Part shown: in pieces, positions 26,796-39,700 of the stretch
How positions within the stretch are numbered: position 1 is the stretch's first letter
How the letters are laid out: every line of letters starts with the position of its first letter
Source: Lama guanicoe
Lineage: Eukaryota
Assembly: GCA_013239625.1 (NCBI GenBank)
Contig: MU053629.1
Location: 2,879,567-2,943,566, forward strand
Length of the DNA: 64,000 bases
Reading direction: 5' to 3'
Notes under the pieces: generated by a model
What the model was told of the DNA's origin: nothing
The model's input: the letters and a program-made list of their open reading frames with translations, nothing else
Database searches by the model: none
Program-made: the position numbers and the translations under genes

Positions 26796-27450
26796 ACATA
26801 TCTATTTTGTTAATCTCTTGTAACAGACTTCCTTGGCTCCCATGTGCGTGCCTGTGGGGTACAGTACAAACACCTCACTGAAACAAAGTCTTTGCTAATC
26901 CACTCCTTACCTGTCTTTCTAGACCCATAATGACTCCTCTCCTGCATGCCCAACCCCTGGTGTGCAGAACCTTCCATATCTCCTCATCTTTGGACTCCTG
27001 CTCTGTGCCTCCACTGTGCTACTTTTGCTTCTTCCTCTGTCAAATTTCTCCTCACATTTCGCTGTCCAGCTCTCAAGGATTTGTTCTCAAAAGCCTGCCA
27101 TGGTTCCTACAACCCTCAGTTCCTAAATTCCTGCCTCTTTGTGAGCTCAGCACATTCCCCATATTAAAACCCTCTATATTTTTATACGACCCACCCCGTG
27201 AGCTAAATGTTTTCTGAAAGCTGGCATCATTTCTGGATCCCTGTGCTCAGCACTTTGCTAAATAAATGGGTGCTAACAGAACTGAATTACAAGTTTCATT
27301 TGTGTCCCAGATTTCTGCTTTTCATACAAATGTTGCTTCCATGAAATTCTTCACTGCAGCTGATTTGGGGATGAAAGTGGATACCGACAAGATAGTTTAA
27401 ATTAAAAATAAACTAGTGTTATCTCTAGTTTGGGTTTCCTATTTTGAGAC

Positions 27451-27651
27451 CAGTCTCCTGTCCCATTGGATAACTACTAATTGGTGACTATTTAAAATAA
27501 TTAGAAGTAAATAAAATTAAAAATTCAGTTTCTCAGTCTCATTAGCCACATTTCAAGTACTCAAAAGCCTCACATGGCTAGCTGCTACCACAATGGACAG
27601 CACAGAAGGGAATATTTCTATCATTGCATAAAGTTCTATGGGACAGCGCTG
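27451..27651 (-). mobile_element. MER3/MER33-like hAT-Charlie fossil
   Basis: TAGCCACATTTCAAGTACTCAA...GGACAGCGCTG terminus. Confidence 0.75.
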
Positions 27652-27899
27652 GAAATCTCTGGCCTTTACATTTAACTCTCACCCCTTGGAACTCTTCCAT
27701 TCTCTCCCATACCGCTTACCCTACAATCATTGTCCTTATTGTGTCTGTAATTACTTGTGGTTTTTAACAGACTGAGGGTTCCAGGACAGCACGCCTTACT
27801 CCTGAAACTCCGGTGTTTAACTTTGAATCCCAGGCACATAGTAGGCGCTCGGCAAATATTGAATTAATAAGCGACAGAATGGGAGGGACCTTACGAATA

Positions 27900-28900
27900 C
27901 ACCAGTCCCAAGCCCTTTCTCCATGCTGATTGGCTCCTCATGAATCTCCACCGTTTTTTACGTGTACGCTTATTGTTAAGCATCCCCCATAAGAGATGGA
28001 AGCGTGGCGCACCAGCGGACCCCAACTCCGGAGGCAATCGCAGAAAGCAGTGGCGTCACACGCTCCTGGGCCCGCCCCCCGCCCTGGCCCCGAGCCCGCG
28101 CAGCCGCGCCCCCCCCCCACTAGCCACTGCGCAGGCGCGGCCCGCGAGCGTGGCTCTTCTCGTGGCCGCCGGCTCCCGGCACTCCGGAGTGCGGGCGTTT
28201 GCGGCCTGCGTGCGGCGGGCTCCAGCAGCGCTCTTCTAGGGGCAGCGAGGCGCAGCGAGCTTAGTCTCTCCCCGTCCTGGGCAGCGTGGTCATGGAGAAT
28301 CAGGTGCTGACGCCGCACGTCTACTGGGCTCAGCGACACCGCGAGCTGTATCTGCGCGTAGAGCTGAGTGACGTGCAGGTAAAGGCCGAGCGGCAAGACG
28401 CGCGCGGAGTCGCGGCTCCCGGACCCTCTGGGACCCCTGTCCCCTTTGTCCCGCTGCGTGCCGGAGAGCCAGTAGTGCGCCAGCGGGATGCACACAGTGC
28501 GCTCACGGCTTCCAGGCCCCGGTAAAGTCTGGCCCACATCGAGGCACACCCGCAGACCATGGGCCCAGGCGCGACCCGTTAGGGATTCAGGTACCTTCGG
28601 GTGCTGCGTGAGTCCGGCGCGGGCCCTGGTGGCTGCCCCGGGCCTCCTCTTTGTTCGCGGTCTGCGGACTGATGGAGCCCGAGCCTAACCCTAGAGGCCT
28701 GGCTGTCGGGGTTCAGGTTTGCCAAGGCCCTTCGAAGCTGATGAGCTCGTTGGGTCGGGAGTGCTGTGTGACAGTGGCTTGCTGGGCGGTGTCTGGACGT
28801 CTAGCGCTGGCCTGAAGAGGTCTAGACAGCCGCCTCGGACCTTCCCGAGGCCCGCCGCTGCCTCAGAGGGGCCACACCCACCTCCCTACCTTTAAGCGAT
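27900..28900. promoter_or_regulatory. CpG island / HACD3 promoter: inverted CCAAT box (27926-27933), TACGTG (27959-27964), CRE-like TGGCGTCA (28051-28058), GC boxes (about 28068-28085), NRF1-like TGCGCAGGCGC (28128-28138)
   Basis: Motifs read directly in CpG-dense sequence around exon 1; function is inferred only. Confidence 0.8.
28292..28378 (+). CDS. HACD3: HACD3 exon 1 coding part: MENQVLTPHVYWAQRHRELYLRVELSDVQ
   Basis: GTCATGG Kozak; 87 nt; donor CAG|gtaaag; CS/p23-like N-terminus of very-long-chain 3-hydroxyacyl-CoA dehydratase 3. Confidence 0.97.
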
Positions 28901-30479
28901 GGAAATCATTCTAGTTAATTTTAGTCCAGAAGACTTTGAAGAAATAATACCCCCGCTACCCCACCTACCCCCATTCTGAAGGCTGGGAGCTCAGGTTTGC
29001 TGAGTTGCAAAATTATCTTAAGTTACGTTGAGCATTTATGTTTGATCTCCTTGGCCCCCTGTGTGAACAAGCTGAGGCCTCCTAAGTGGTGGAGATCTCA
29101 GGACCTGTGTACCCCCATGTCCCTGTCCCTACCATCCAGGATTCCAGTCTTTGACGATCTGGAGTTTTCAGTCTGGAATGTTCTTTCTACAGTCTTCCTT
29201 ACACCCTACTCTCCTTGACATCTATGGCACTTTGTAACCTCCCTACTCCGCTTAACTCTCTCTGCCTCTGAGTCAGGCATTTATGTTTGGATCTGTCAGC
29301 CCATCTGGCATATTGTCTTGCAAAGTGTAGGTGCTCTTTGAGTGTGGACTTGCATTTGCTGAATTTAATCTTTGCTTCTGGAATGTAAAACTGTATTCCT
29401 GTTGAAAGATAAAGACAATGTTGGCCAGAATGCCTATCAATAGTTTGACATTGCACGGTGTGTCATTTAATGTGTTAAGCCAGACTGAGTTACACTTTTG
29501 CATCAGAGGATGAATAAATGTTCTGTGCTGTTTCCCTGTACTCTGCTCCAGGGTGTTTTAATAAAAAAGAAAAAAACCAAACAAAATCTTCATGAATGGG
29601 GATAAAAGTCTCCTTCTAAAGAGTATTCTTCCAGCAATCAATAAGAAAAGTACGGAATATGTGTCATGGCAATCTAGTTTTAGTATTTACTTAAGCATTA
29701 TATAGACCAATTAAATAAACTCAGGCCTTCTCTAGATGTAACTAGATCCCAACATTATCTGGGATACTTTTGAAACTACTAACAGAAAAGCTGTTTTTTA
29801 GAGGGAGTAGGGTGGTGTGGGAAAAAATGGAAATTAGTTGGGCAAATGAAAGAATGATCATACTTATATTTTTCCTGAAAGACCTAAACCTTTTAGTGAA
29901 GAAACATGATCATGTGTGTTAATCATATTTGGTATATTTTTAAACATGAAGGGATGTGTTTTGAATATGTAGTTAAAAATGAAGAAATGTAAAGGTGGAG
30001 AAAAAAATGGAATTTTCTTTTGGAGAAAGAAATCCTTTTTTGGGGGGGGGGATCCTTTTTTCCCCAACTGAGTTTTTGTTTTTTTGAGGGGATTTCCCAG
30101 CTGTAATTCTGCGGCATCCATTTCAACTGCCATTAGTTTTAAAGCAGCACGTTAATGCCATTCATAAAAGAAATTCTCTACCACGTGTAAAGTACTGCAT
30201 ATTTACAAAGATGAAATAGACAGACTCAGCTTTCCAAGGGCTTTCTATCTAGGAGGAAGCATCCTATATACAAACAAAAGAGCTTTGTGCATAAGTATGT
30301 TTATTTGTAGAATTTGAGTTAAATATTGAACCAGATCCTTGGTCTTAAAGGAATTTGTAACCTCTCTTTCGTTTAGTTAGAGGTGACTTCCAGAAATAAG
30401 ATGGAGTGTTCTTGTCAAGCTGAGATTGGGAGAACTTTACAGAAAGAGAAAGGCATAGAGTTTCACTTGTCTGACTTGT

Positions 30480-31500
30480 TCTATGTGTCAGTGCCCTATA
30501 GCCAAAGACTGCCAGCAACACACCTCTGGTTAATCAAGTTGTATTTATTATTTATAACAGTAAAGTAGGACATACCCCATGGGTTTGCTCATTAAGGATG
30601 TTAGAAATGATTACAGGATTTGGACTTTTGTGATTGGGGGATGGACTTAGGAAGTGAGGATTCACTTTAGATTAGATGCTGTCAGAAAACAGGGGCACTC
30701 CTATTTTTCTGTCTATGATTGGGTTACTAGTGTTTAGGACCCTGAATTTAGTTTACTTATATCAGAGGGGACCCCTTTATGTTTTTGGTGGTGGTGTTCC
30801 CTGTCCAGAGTCCTAGAAAGGAATTAGCCAAATTAGACATTCCTCCTGAAATGCCCATCTGAAATTTGTTTAAGGGAGTGGGCTCTGGGATAACTGCCCG
30901 CAGTGCATATTCCACTTCTGACTTGATGAATGGCCCTTCTTTTGCTGGGAGGCAGGGTGAGTGTAATTAACACTTGAATGCAAGCTGAATTGGGGTGCAC
31001 ACCACCTATAGCCCAGTGTCCACATATAGATTTCTCAGAGGCAGTTTATTTATGGCCTGACACTTGGTGGCCCTTGCTGTTGGGGGGGGTGGGGGGTGGG
31101 GGCAAGGAAAAAATATCCCTTAGGGGCACACACTGTCTTTGGGTTTTCTTGAGCCTGATACAGTTTAGAAAATGTAAGTCCTTAGTAATACGGGAACATA
31201 TCTGAAGCCTTACCCACGATGGCCATCCAGCTCTAGTCTGGATGTCTGAACTACAGCTAATTTATTTCAATTTCTAAATATATTTTCCTGTCACTTATTT
31301 TGGCCAAGAGAGGAAGGGTGTCTGGTATTTTGTGGGTGGCATTGTAGCCATAGTTTTGTCTGTGCTTACACAAAATTATACGGTGGCCTTTGTCTTATTT
31401 TATTAAGGTATTCTGTGAGATTGTTTATGTCCTATAACAGAATAACATGTCTAACAAGGCCAGCTTTTGAATGTTAGGAGCTGCTCTTTAGAAATGTTTT
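30480..31500 (-). mobile_element. ERVL-type LTR remnant (MER76/77-like) split by about 0.6 kb of other sequence
   Basis: Shares AGCCAAAGACT, GGAAGTG.GGATTCA and GATGCTGTCAGAAAA with 34280-34765. Confidence 0.55.
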
Positions 31501-32419
31501 TCCAATTAATTGCTCTCTGCAGGGCCTGTGAAACTGGTGCTTCTGGCTTGAGATAATGCAATTCATTTATTTGTTCAATGAAGATCATTTGTGGAGTACC
31601 TACTTTTGTTTCTCATTAAGCTAGGTGCTAGATTGTTGGACAGCATTCTCTCGCCCCCTGCTTTCCATAGCATTTCCCTCAGCCTGTGTGTAAGTGAGTT
31701 TCCGTGTTGAATTCCAGTTTGGGGGCATCAGCCCTGCCCCCCGCCCTTCCTGAGACACAGAGGACTGTCTGGTTTTCACATCTCTGTTCTAACCTTGGAG
31801 CTGCAGGGCTAATGACTGATGAGAAACCACTACTGACACGAGGAGGAATGGTACACGGTAAAGACTTCAACGGCAGCATTATCTGTGTTTGAGGTGAGCG
31901 GTAGCAAAGGGGCCAGCTGGAGTCCAGTGGGGCTTGGGCAGGGTTACTTTCAGAATAGAGTTTATTTTCAGGATAAGCATGATGGACAGATTTTGCCAAC
32001 AACCTTATCTGTTAAAGCATTTGTTCATTTATCAAGGTTTTTGTTTTAGTTGTATGTGGACGGTGTGCATAGCTCTGTTTGGGAGCTGCTTGAAAGACAC
32101 TGTTCTTGACCTTAACTAATAGAGGGTCTGGTGGAAAGAGTCGTAACTGAATGCATGAGATTGGGTCCTTGCTCTTCCACTTAGTCTCTGGTGTCCGTGG
32201 ATTATTCACCTTTATGAGCCTCAGTCTCTTCATCCAAATAAATGTGAATAATAACACCTAATTCACAGAATTGTTTTGAGGTTTGCATTGGATATTGGAT
32301 TTGAAGATGTTTTGTAAATTGTAGTGTGCTCTTCACGTGTAAGGGATTTTTATAGTGATAGTCAACCTTAGATGAGAGAGAGAAACACACAAAGAGCAGT
32401 AGAACAGCATAGAGTCTGT

Positions 32420-33290
32420 TAGCTGAACTATCTATACATGAAAACTTATTGAACAACAGTGATGGCTTTACAAATTAATAGGGGAAGGGATGAACCATTC
32501 AGGAGATTGTATTGGGACAACTGATAATCCAAATGGCAAAAAGATGAAATAAGATCTTGCCTAATGCCATACATAAAAGTCAATTTCAGGTGGGTTAATG
32601 ACCTAAATGCATAAAGCTCAGCTACTAAAAAGAAAATATAGGACATGATCTTTACAATATTGGAACAGGGAAGGATGTGTTAAACAAGACACAAAAACAT
32701 AAACCCTAAAAAAAAAAAAACAGATTTAACACAAGCTTGAGGCAGATATTTGTGGTACATATCACTGAGCTCTTCCATTTATGCACAAAGAGACAGCATG
32801 TTCATAACAACAAAAATTTGAAAACAACCTCAGTTCTCATCAACCAAAGAATGGATAAATTGTGGTATATTTACACAATGGCACCTGTACAACAGCTGAA
32901 ATAAACAAAACAGGACCATCTGTATCTATGGATAAAGTTTAGAAATAAATCAAATAAAAAGCAAGTTGAAGAATTATATATATTCGTATTGTATATGAAA
33001 CCATTTATGTCATATGTAAAATAATACTTTGTATTGTAATGAATACCCAACATGTTGTACATGTAAAGAAACACAGTGGGAGTGATAAATTCCAGTCCTA
33101 GATGTAGTTATCTGTGAGGATGAGACGTGTTTGAGGGAGAAAGGGCAATGGGATTGAGTACCTATATCGGTTTTATTTCTTTAAAAAACTGAAGCAAGTA
33201 AAGTAAAATGCTGATGGATAATAGGTACAGTAATGTTTGCTCTGTTTTTCTGTGTGTGGCTGATTGCTTGGAGTATTTCATATTCCAAGA
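32420..33290 (+). mobile_element. Old L1M fragments
   Basis: A-rich decayed ORF2 and 3' UTR text. Confidence 0.65.
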
Positions 33291-33299
33291 TTACATTAA

Positions 33300-34120
33300 A
33301 TAAGCCCAAGGTAAGTGCTATGAGGAAAGCAAACAATAATTGGTAGAAGCATGTAAAATAGGGTGATCAGGAGAGGCTTCGTTGGGGAGGTGTTGTTTGA
33401 GCTACCTGAAACTGGAAGGATAAAATGAATTATGAAGAGAACTGGGGGAAGAACATCCCAACTAGGGGCACATACTTAAGGACAAGCAAGGACTTGGGGG
33501 ATGTTAGTACGTTGGGAGTGTAGAAAGGAGGAAGTTATAGGGGGATGAGGCTGGAGGAGTTTGCAAGATGTAGGTCATGTAGGGCCTTGTTGCCATGGTA
33601 AGGAGTTTGGATTTTATTGTAAGAGCATTGGGAAACTATTAAAGAGTTTTAAGCAGAGGAGTGACATTATAGGATTTGTGTTTTAAAACGATTATTCCAG
33701 CTGCTATGGGGATTAGAGAGGGGCAAAAGTGAAATCTGGAAAAGCATTTAGGGAGGTTATTGTAGCAGTGTGGGTAAGAGAGAATGCTGCTCGGCCTAAG
33801 GATGACTGTAGAGGTAGAGAGCCACGAACAGATTTGAGATATATTTGGAGAGACCCTTCAGGCCTTGATGGATTGCAAATGTTGGGGCTAGTAGAGGGGA
33901 GGAGGAAGGAATTGACAACTAGTCCTAGAATTTTGGCTTAAGCACAGAATAGGTGATGATACAGTTTACTGAAAAATTTAAGACTAGAGAAGAGGTTTAG
34001 GGGCCTTTTGGACATGTTGGTGTGAAACTCTTGTCTTAAACAGTTTCCATGTAGAAATGGGAAGTAGTCCCCTAATTATACAAATGCAGAGTTCAGAGCA
34101 GTAGTCTGGGCTGAAAATAG
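33300..34120 (-). mobile_element. L2 fragment (further likely L2 pieces near 4030-4430, 20990-21100, 21830-21990, 26800-27290, 35900-36290, 37090-37380)
   Basis: Purine-rich antisense L2 text (GGTAAGGAGTTTGGATTTTATT...TTTTAAGCAGAGGAGTGACAT). Confidence 0.7.
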
Positions 34121-35372
34121 AATTTCATGAAATCTTAGACTTCATTAATTATAAGAGACTCCATTATTTTATGCACCATGAAGAAAAAATGCTGCTAATT
34201 AAATTATGATACATACTTTCTTATCACTTCAAATATTTGTTTTTTATTTTTGAAAGAACTCGTTGAGACTTGTTTAAACTTTTCGGTTCCCTCCAGCCAA
34301 AGACTACTAGAAACATACCTTGTTTCAATGAGTAGGGTTTAGTGCTTGCTTCAGTGAGGGAGAACACACACGGGGAACTAAGAGGTGTCTCAGTAAGAGG
34401 GTGTCAGAAGGAACTGATTATAGGATTTAGGCTTTGGTTGAGCAATCAGGAGAGAGTCTAAGGAAGTGGGGATTCAACTTAGATAGGATGCTGTCAGAAA
34501 ATGGGGACATTTCTATGACTGAGTATTTTGTGGGTGGTGTAATGACCTGTGCTTAGACGGAATTATGATATGACTTTATCTTGTGTCATTTTATCATAGT
34601 CTCAGTAACCTGAGGTTGGCGGATATTCTTTGAGATTGCTTATGTTCAGTAGAAGAACAGAATGGCCTTGCTGTGAGCTTTAGACCAGCTTGTAGTAATT
34701 TTGAGATCTGGCTGTGAATGTCAGGTCAGTTTCAGATGTCAGGGGCTGCTTATTTTTTTTTCTCAAAACAGTTTAAAAAATCATAAAATCTATCTAATTT
34801 CTATGTAATCTCACTCTTCTATACATGTAAATGTGAAAATATAAGCAAAAAATTTGGTGAAGATATTCCTAAACCATCTTCATATTTCAGAATTCACTCT
34901 TCTGAATCTCTTTTATACTCAGAGATGTCACTGTCATTATTTTTCCATATGGTATCATCCTCTGTGCCATTAAGAGCAGTAGTAATGCAACACTTCTGAA
35001 AACAAGTGCTCCACTGTTACCTCTGGCAGTTTTTTTTTTCAAGCCATTAACATCTATAAGTTTTGATGCTGGCACATTCTTGATCTTACCAGAAGATGTC
35101 AACACAATGTTTCCAGATACTAACCAGGACTCATACTACTTCCTCAAATGGCCTTTAAGTGGTTTGTTGACTGAAATATTGGGTTGCGGCTGTGTAATCA
35201 TGCCATCTGGAATAACAGCCAAGCTTGCACATGCTGTGGCAGTGACACCCATGTAAGGGCTGCACAACTGCTACACAGTTGTAAGGTGCTGCTGTCAATT
35301 GCAATAAATAGCCCAGTTTTAGAGAGATTATATGTGAAATGAATGTGAATGTTAGAATTGATGAAATATAGC
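34120..35372. mobile_element. Tigger-like DNA-transposon remnant interrupted by an LTR
   Basis: Weak inverted termini (ATTTCATGAAATCTTAGAC ... GTTAGAATTGATGAAAT); family uncertain. Confidence 0.4.
34280..34765 (-). mobile_element. ERVL-type solo LTR remnant (MER76/77-like)
   Basis: Similarity to 30480-31500 and to recalled ERVL LTR text. Confidence 0.55.
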
Positions 35373-35489
35373 AAATTTTGGAGTTACCAATTAATAAGTT
35401 TTAGTATTTAACCCCCTGAGGCAGGATGAGATGATCCAGAAGAGAGTAAAGATCAGAGGTTGCCAAAATCAAATGCTCAAAACATAGCA

Positions 35490-35730
35490 TTGTAATTAGG
35501 AACCCGGGAAGCTGTTTGTCTTGGTTTGAATCTTGGTTTTTCCCCTTGCTGATTTTGTAATCTCAGGCAAGTTACATAAGCTCTGTAAGCATTATTTTTC
35601 TCATCTGTAAAATTGTTTATCAACAGTGCCTATTTGATAGATTTTTGTTTTGTGTGTGGGGAGCGGGGAGCTAGTAATGTGAAATACTTTGAAAGATAAT
35701 TGGCAATGTAGTGAGTGTTCAGTAAATGTG
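35490..35730 (+). mobile_element. MIR SINE (further likely MIRs near 15400, 23080, 32150, 41670, 43545, 48650)
   Basis: CAGGCAAGTTACATAAGCTCTGTAAGC...CTCATCTGTAAAAT core. Confidence 0.7.
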
Positions 35731-36524
35731 AGTGAACTGAGCTGGATGAGGAGAGTGGTTAATTGAAGAGGATAAAGTTCATGTTAGAGGGTAGCTATTG
35801 TCATTCAAGAATGGAGATCCGCGGTTGGTATCTAATTCTTCTAATTTTTGAAAAAGATGTTAGAAATCCAGAATTTTTAAAATGAAAAAACCTCATAGTT
35901 TTATACTGATTCAGTGAATATATACAAATACCTACTGTGTGCTTGGCAGGCTTCCTGACTCTGGGACCTTGGCCTGAGCAACGCAGGCAAGGTCCCTGCT
36001 ATCGTGAAGCTTATTCACTGAGTGGTGATGGTGGTGGTGGTAAGCACACTAAAAGCAGATAAAATCATCAAATCGTTTCAGATAACATTGAATGTTATGA
36101 AGGAAGTAAAGCAAGAGAAAATATGAGAAGGAATCACAAGAACTGTTTCAGATTGGGTAGTCAGGGAAGTTCTCTTTGAGGAGGTGACATTTGAGCAGAG
36201 ACCTAAATGTTAAAAAACCATGCAAAATTATGGGAACTGAATATTGTAGGAAGAGGGGACAGCTACTTCAAATTCCTTGGTGTAAAGTGCTTGGTGGTGA
36301 GTTAAAATTAAAAATTAATTAATAAATAAAACAAAAACATTCTCTGCAGGCCATATAAAATATTGTGGGCTCAATTTGACCCTCAAGATGCCAATTTATG
36401 TCAGAAAACTGATATATAGTAAAAGCTTATAGAGATAAGCAGCAGCCCAGGATTGAGTTCCGAGACACTCAGACATTCAGAAGTCTAGCTGAGCAGAACG
36501 CACCAGCACCGTGGTGAAAGGATA

Positions 36525-36958
36525 TGTGACAGGAAAATACACAGGCATAGTTTTTGAGAAATCCACACAGAGGCCTCCTTGTCTTCCTCTCTCCCCACTG
36601 TGAGGGAGCACACTTGAGTGTGCTCTTTTCTCTAGCAACGAAAAATGCAGTAACTTATGAATAATGTTTCTGCCCCAGGGAAGTCCATTAGAGATTCAGC
36701 ACTCATGTTTCTGTTGGGGGCTGGTTTCGTAGGTACTCTCCACCCAGCTTATACCAAAATTCTAGACTTCCATAAGGAAAGCTAGTGCTCACCATAAATC
36801 ACATTGTTTGTAGGCATAGTCTAAGAAAAGTGAACCAACCTTATCAGGGAATGGAGGACAGCCAGGTTCCCAGATGCTGGCCAAGAGCTGATCTTGGAAA
36901 CAGGCCCCTTTAAAGATAGCAGCCTCACACTTGCTTTGTAATTCCTTTCTGTGTATAT
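36525..36958 (-). mobile_element. ERVL-type LTR remnant (MER77/MER68-like)
   Basis: TGTTTCTGCCCCAGGGAAGTCCATTAGAGA...CACCATAAATCACATTGTTTG pattern. Confidence 0.6.
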
Positions 36959-38189
36959 ACTGATCATATAAATAAGATAAATAACCAACCATTAGAATGA
37001 CCAAGGAAACCTTTGTCTAAAGGGTTAGTTAGCAAATACTTCATTGAACTTTGTAGTTCTGTCAGAAATAATGGAAATGGGATGATTTGGTTTAATTTCA
37101 GTTCACTGAAGTTTTTGAGGCTTCAGGGATTCAGAGATGAATGACACAGTGCCTGCCATCAAGGAACTCAAGGCTGGAAGGGCAGATAAACCAATAAACA
37201 ATAGTTATAAAACAGTGTAATAAGTAGTATAATAGAAGTGAAGATAACATATAACAAGGAAGCTATTAATTCTGATGTTGGGGGTGAGTAGGAAGGAAAA
37301 GGAATTAATATTTGACTTGCACTTTAAAAGATGAATAAATGTTCAACAGATACAGAAGCTTGGGAGGGCATTGAGAAGAAGAGAAGCAGCCAAAATATGA
37401 GTGCTTGCTAGTTGCCAGACTTCTGTGTTATTACAATTTAATTCTTGCAACAGTTTTGTGAAACAAGTTTTATTGTTGTTTTAAATATGATGACAGTTGC
37501 TGTGGCTTTGAAAGTGAATGATAGAAATAAAAAGTGATATAACTAGGATCTGAACCCAGATTCACCTGACTTCAAAACCACTTTCTACCCCTTTCCCTAT
37601 CAAATTGCCCCTTTTATAAACAAAGGTGCAATTCTGACTCTGATAAAAGTTGGGCTAGGTTGTGCAGATCAACCCTTCTAAAAGCAACTTGAAAGTGTTC
37701 AACAGAAATCTTAAATTCATCAAAGAGTCAACAAATTAGAAGTTAAAATGGGAATTTCAGAGAGGTGAGCTGAACACTGAAACTGCTTTTGCTTTGACAA
37801 CATTTGCTCAACTGAATGAACTTGGATACCCTGCCAGAGTGCAGGGATAGAAGTAAGATCCAAGCCCACAAAAGCTTTATTATGTAACAGGAAACCCTTC
37901 TCTCCATAGACTCCACTTGAGAGAACTATGCGCTTAGGGTAAGGATGAACTAGAAGTAAATTCATCTCATCTCCCTATCCCCAGATGGCTTAGTGCTGAG
38001 CAAAGTAGAGGGAAAGGTCCTTCAGGAGTTAAAACATCAGTTGGCTGTCAAAAAGATTATGCAACTCCAATTTACACAGTTTTAGAGATCCAAAAATCCT
38101 TAAGCCATGAATTTAGTTTAAAGTGGCTCCAACTGGTGGAGTCCCTAGGTGCCTGGCAGAAGAAAATGTAGGTCCCTCTGGAATAGCTA

Positions 38190-39245
38190 AGATGATATCA
38201 GATAAGATTTTTAGGCAAAAATGTATTTTTAGAGATAAAAAGATCATAATGATAGAGGTTTCAACTCATCAACAGCACAGAGAAATAGGCGAATTATAGT
38301 AGTGTGATTTCTCAGTAATTGGTAGAATAAGAAGACAAACATCAGTAAAGATATAGATTATGTGAACAGATAATTAGCAGTAAACCTAATGGCCACATAT
38401 AGAATGCTACACCCAGCAAGTCCACAGTGTACATTGTTTTCAAGTTCACTCAGAGTATTTACAAAAGTTGGCTGTATACTGCTTTGTAAAGCAAGTCTCC
38501 ACAAGTTTGAAAGGATTAAAATCACACAGAGAATGTTTCTTGATCACAGTGCAACTGAAGTAGAAATTAATAACAAGGTAACTAGAAAATCTCTGGAAAT
38601 TAAGGAACACTTCTCAATAACCCATGTTTCAAGGAAGAAATTATAATGGAAATTAGAGAATATTTTAGGCTGAATGATAATGAAAATGCTACATTCAGAG
38701 CTCGACAGATACAACCAAAATGGGAGTTGGCGGGAAAGTCATATTCTTAAATGCTTATATTTCAAAGTATTAATTAATTAAAATTTCATAGGTCTGAAAA
38801 TTAATGACTTGTGAATCAATTTCAAGAAGTTAGGGAAAAAATAGCAAACTCTCCTGTAAAGTGTTGAATGGAGGAAAATAACAAAGATAAGGCAGAAATA
38901 GAAAATAGAGGTAGAATCAATAAAACTAAAAGTTAGTTTTTGAAAAGACAAAGTGGACAGATCTCTTGACAAGATTAAGATACAAACAATATCAGTGATG
39001 AAGACTTAAATGGCAGAAACTATAGACATTAAAAAACTAAGAGAATATTAAGCTTATGTCAGATAAAATGGGTAAATTCTTAGGAAATAAAGATGGTTTC
39101 TATCAAAGAGATAGGAAACCTGAATAGCACAATAACCATTAAGTAAACTGAGTCAATAGTCAAAAATCTTCCCACAAGGGAATTTCCAGGTCCAAATGGC
39201 TTCACTGGGAAGTTCTACCAAACATTTAAAGAAGCAGTTCCAGTT
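38190..39245 (+). mobile_element. Old L1 ORF2 (endonuclease-region) fragment, resuming at about 39740-39820 after an MLT insertion
   Basis: TTCTTGATCACAGTGCAACTGAAGTAGAAAT and CCAGGTCCAAATGGCTTCACTGG...TTCTACCAAACATTTAAAGAAG motifs. Confidence 0.78.
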
Positions 39246-39247
39246 TT

Positions 39248-39700
39248 ACTGATTATCTATTGTTGCATTAATCATTTATGACCTCAGTTCCCGAAGGTCC
39301 TTCGGGAAGAACTCAGTGGGTGTTGTGGCTTGGGTTCTCTCAAGAGGCTGTAGTCAGATGTCAGTTGTGGTTGGTGTTGTATGATGCCCCGAAGTAGCCA
39401 CCTCAGGGATGTCTAGCTCACCTTGTTGTCAAGTCGGTATCCATAAGCTAGTCCTCCTCATAGAATCTCATGTCATGGTGTCTGGTCTTGCCCAGAGTGA
39501 GCCATCCAGGAGGCTCAGATGGAAGCTGCAATGCCTTTTATGACCTAACCTCAGAAATCACATCATTGTTTCCACTGTGTTTTATTGGTTACATAGATCA
39601 TCCGTGACATCGTTTGGAAGGGGGCTACACAAGGGTGTAAGTACCAGGGGGAGAGGAGCATGGAGGGCCATGCTGAAGGCTGGCAACCACCCCAGACTTA
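39248..39700 (-). mobile_element. MLT1 (MaLR) LTR remnant
   Basis: TTATCTATTGTTGCAT start; TTTTATGACCTAACCTCAGAAATCACA...CTGGCAACCAC end. Confidence 0.7.

Noticed and set aside
27938..28549. 203-aa antisense ORF and other long ORFs over the HACD3 CpG island
   Set aside because: Stop-poor GC-rich sequence gives low-complexity Arg/Gly/Ala/Pro translations with no family resemblance.
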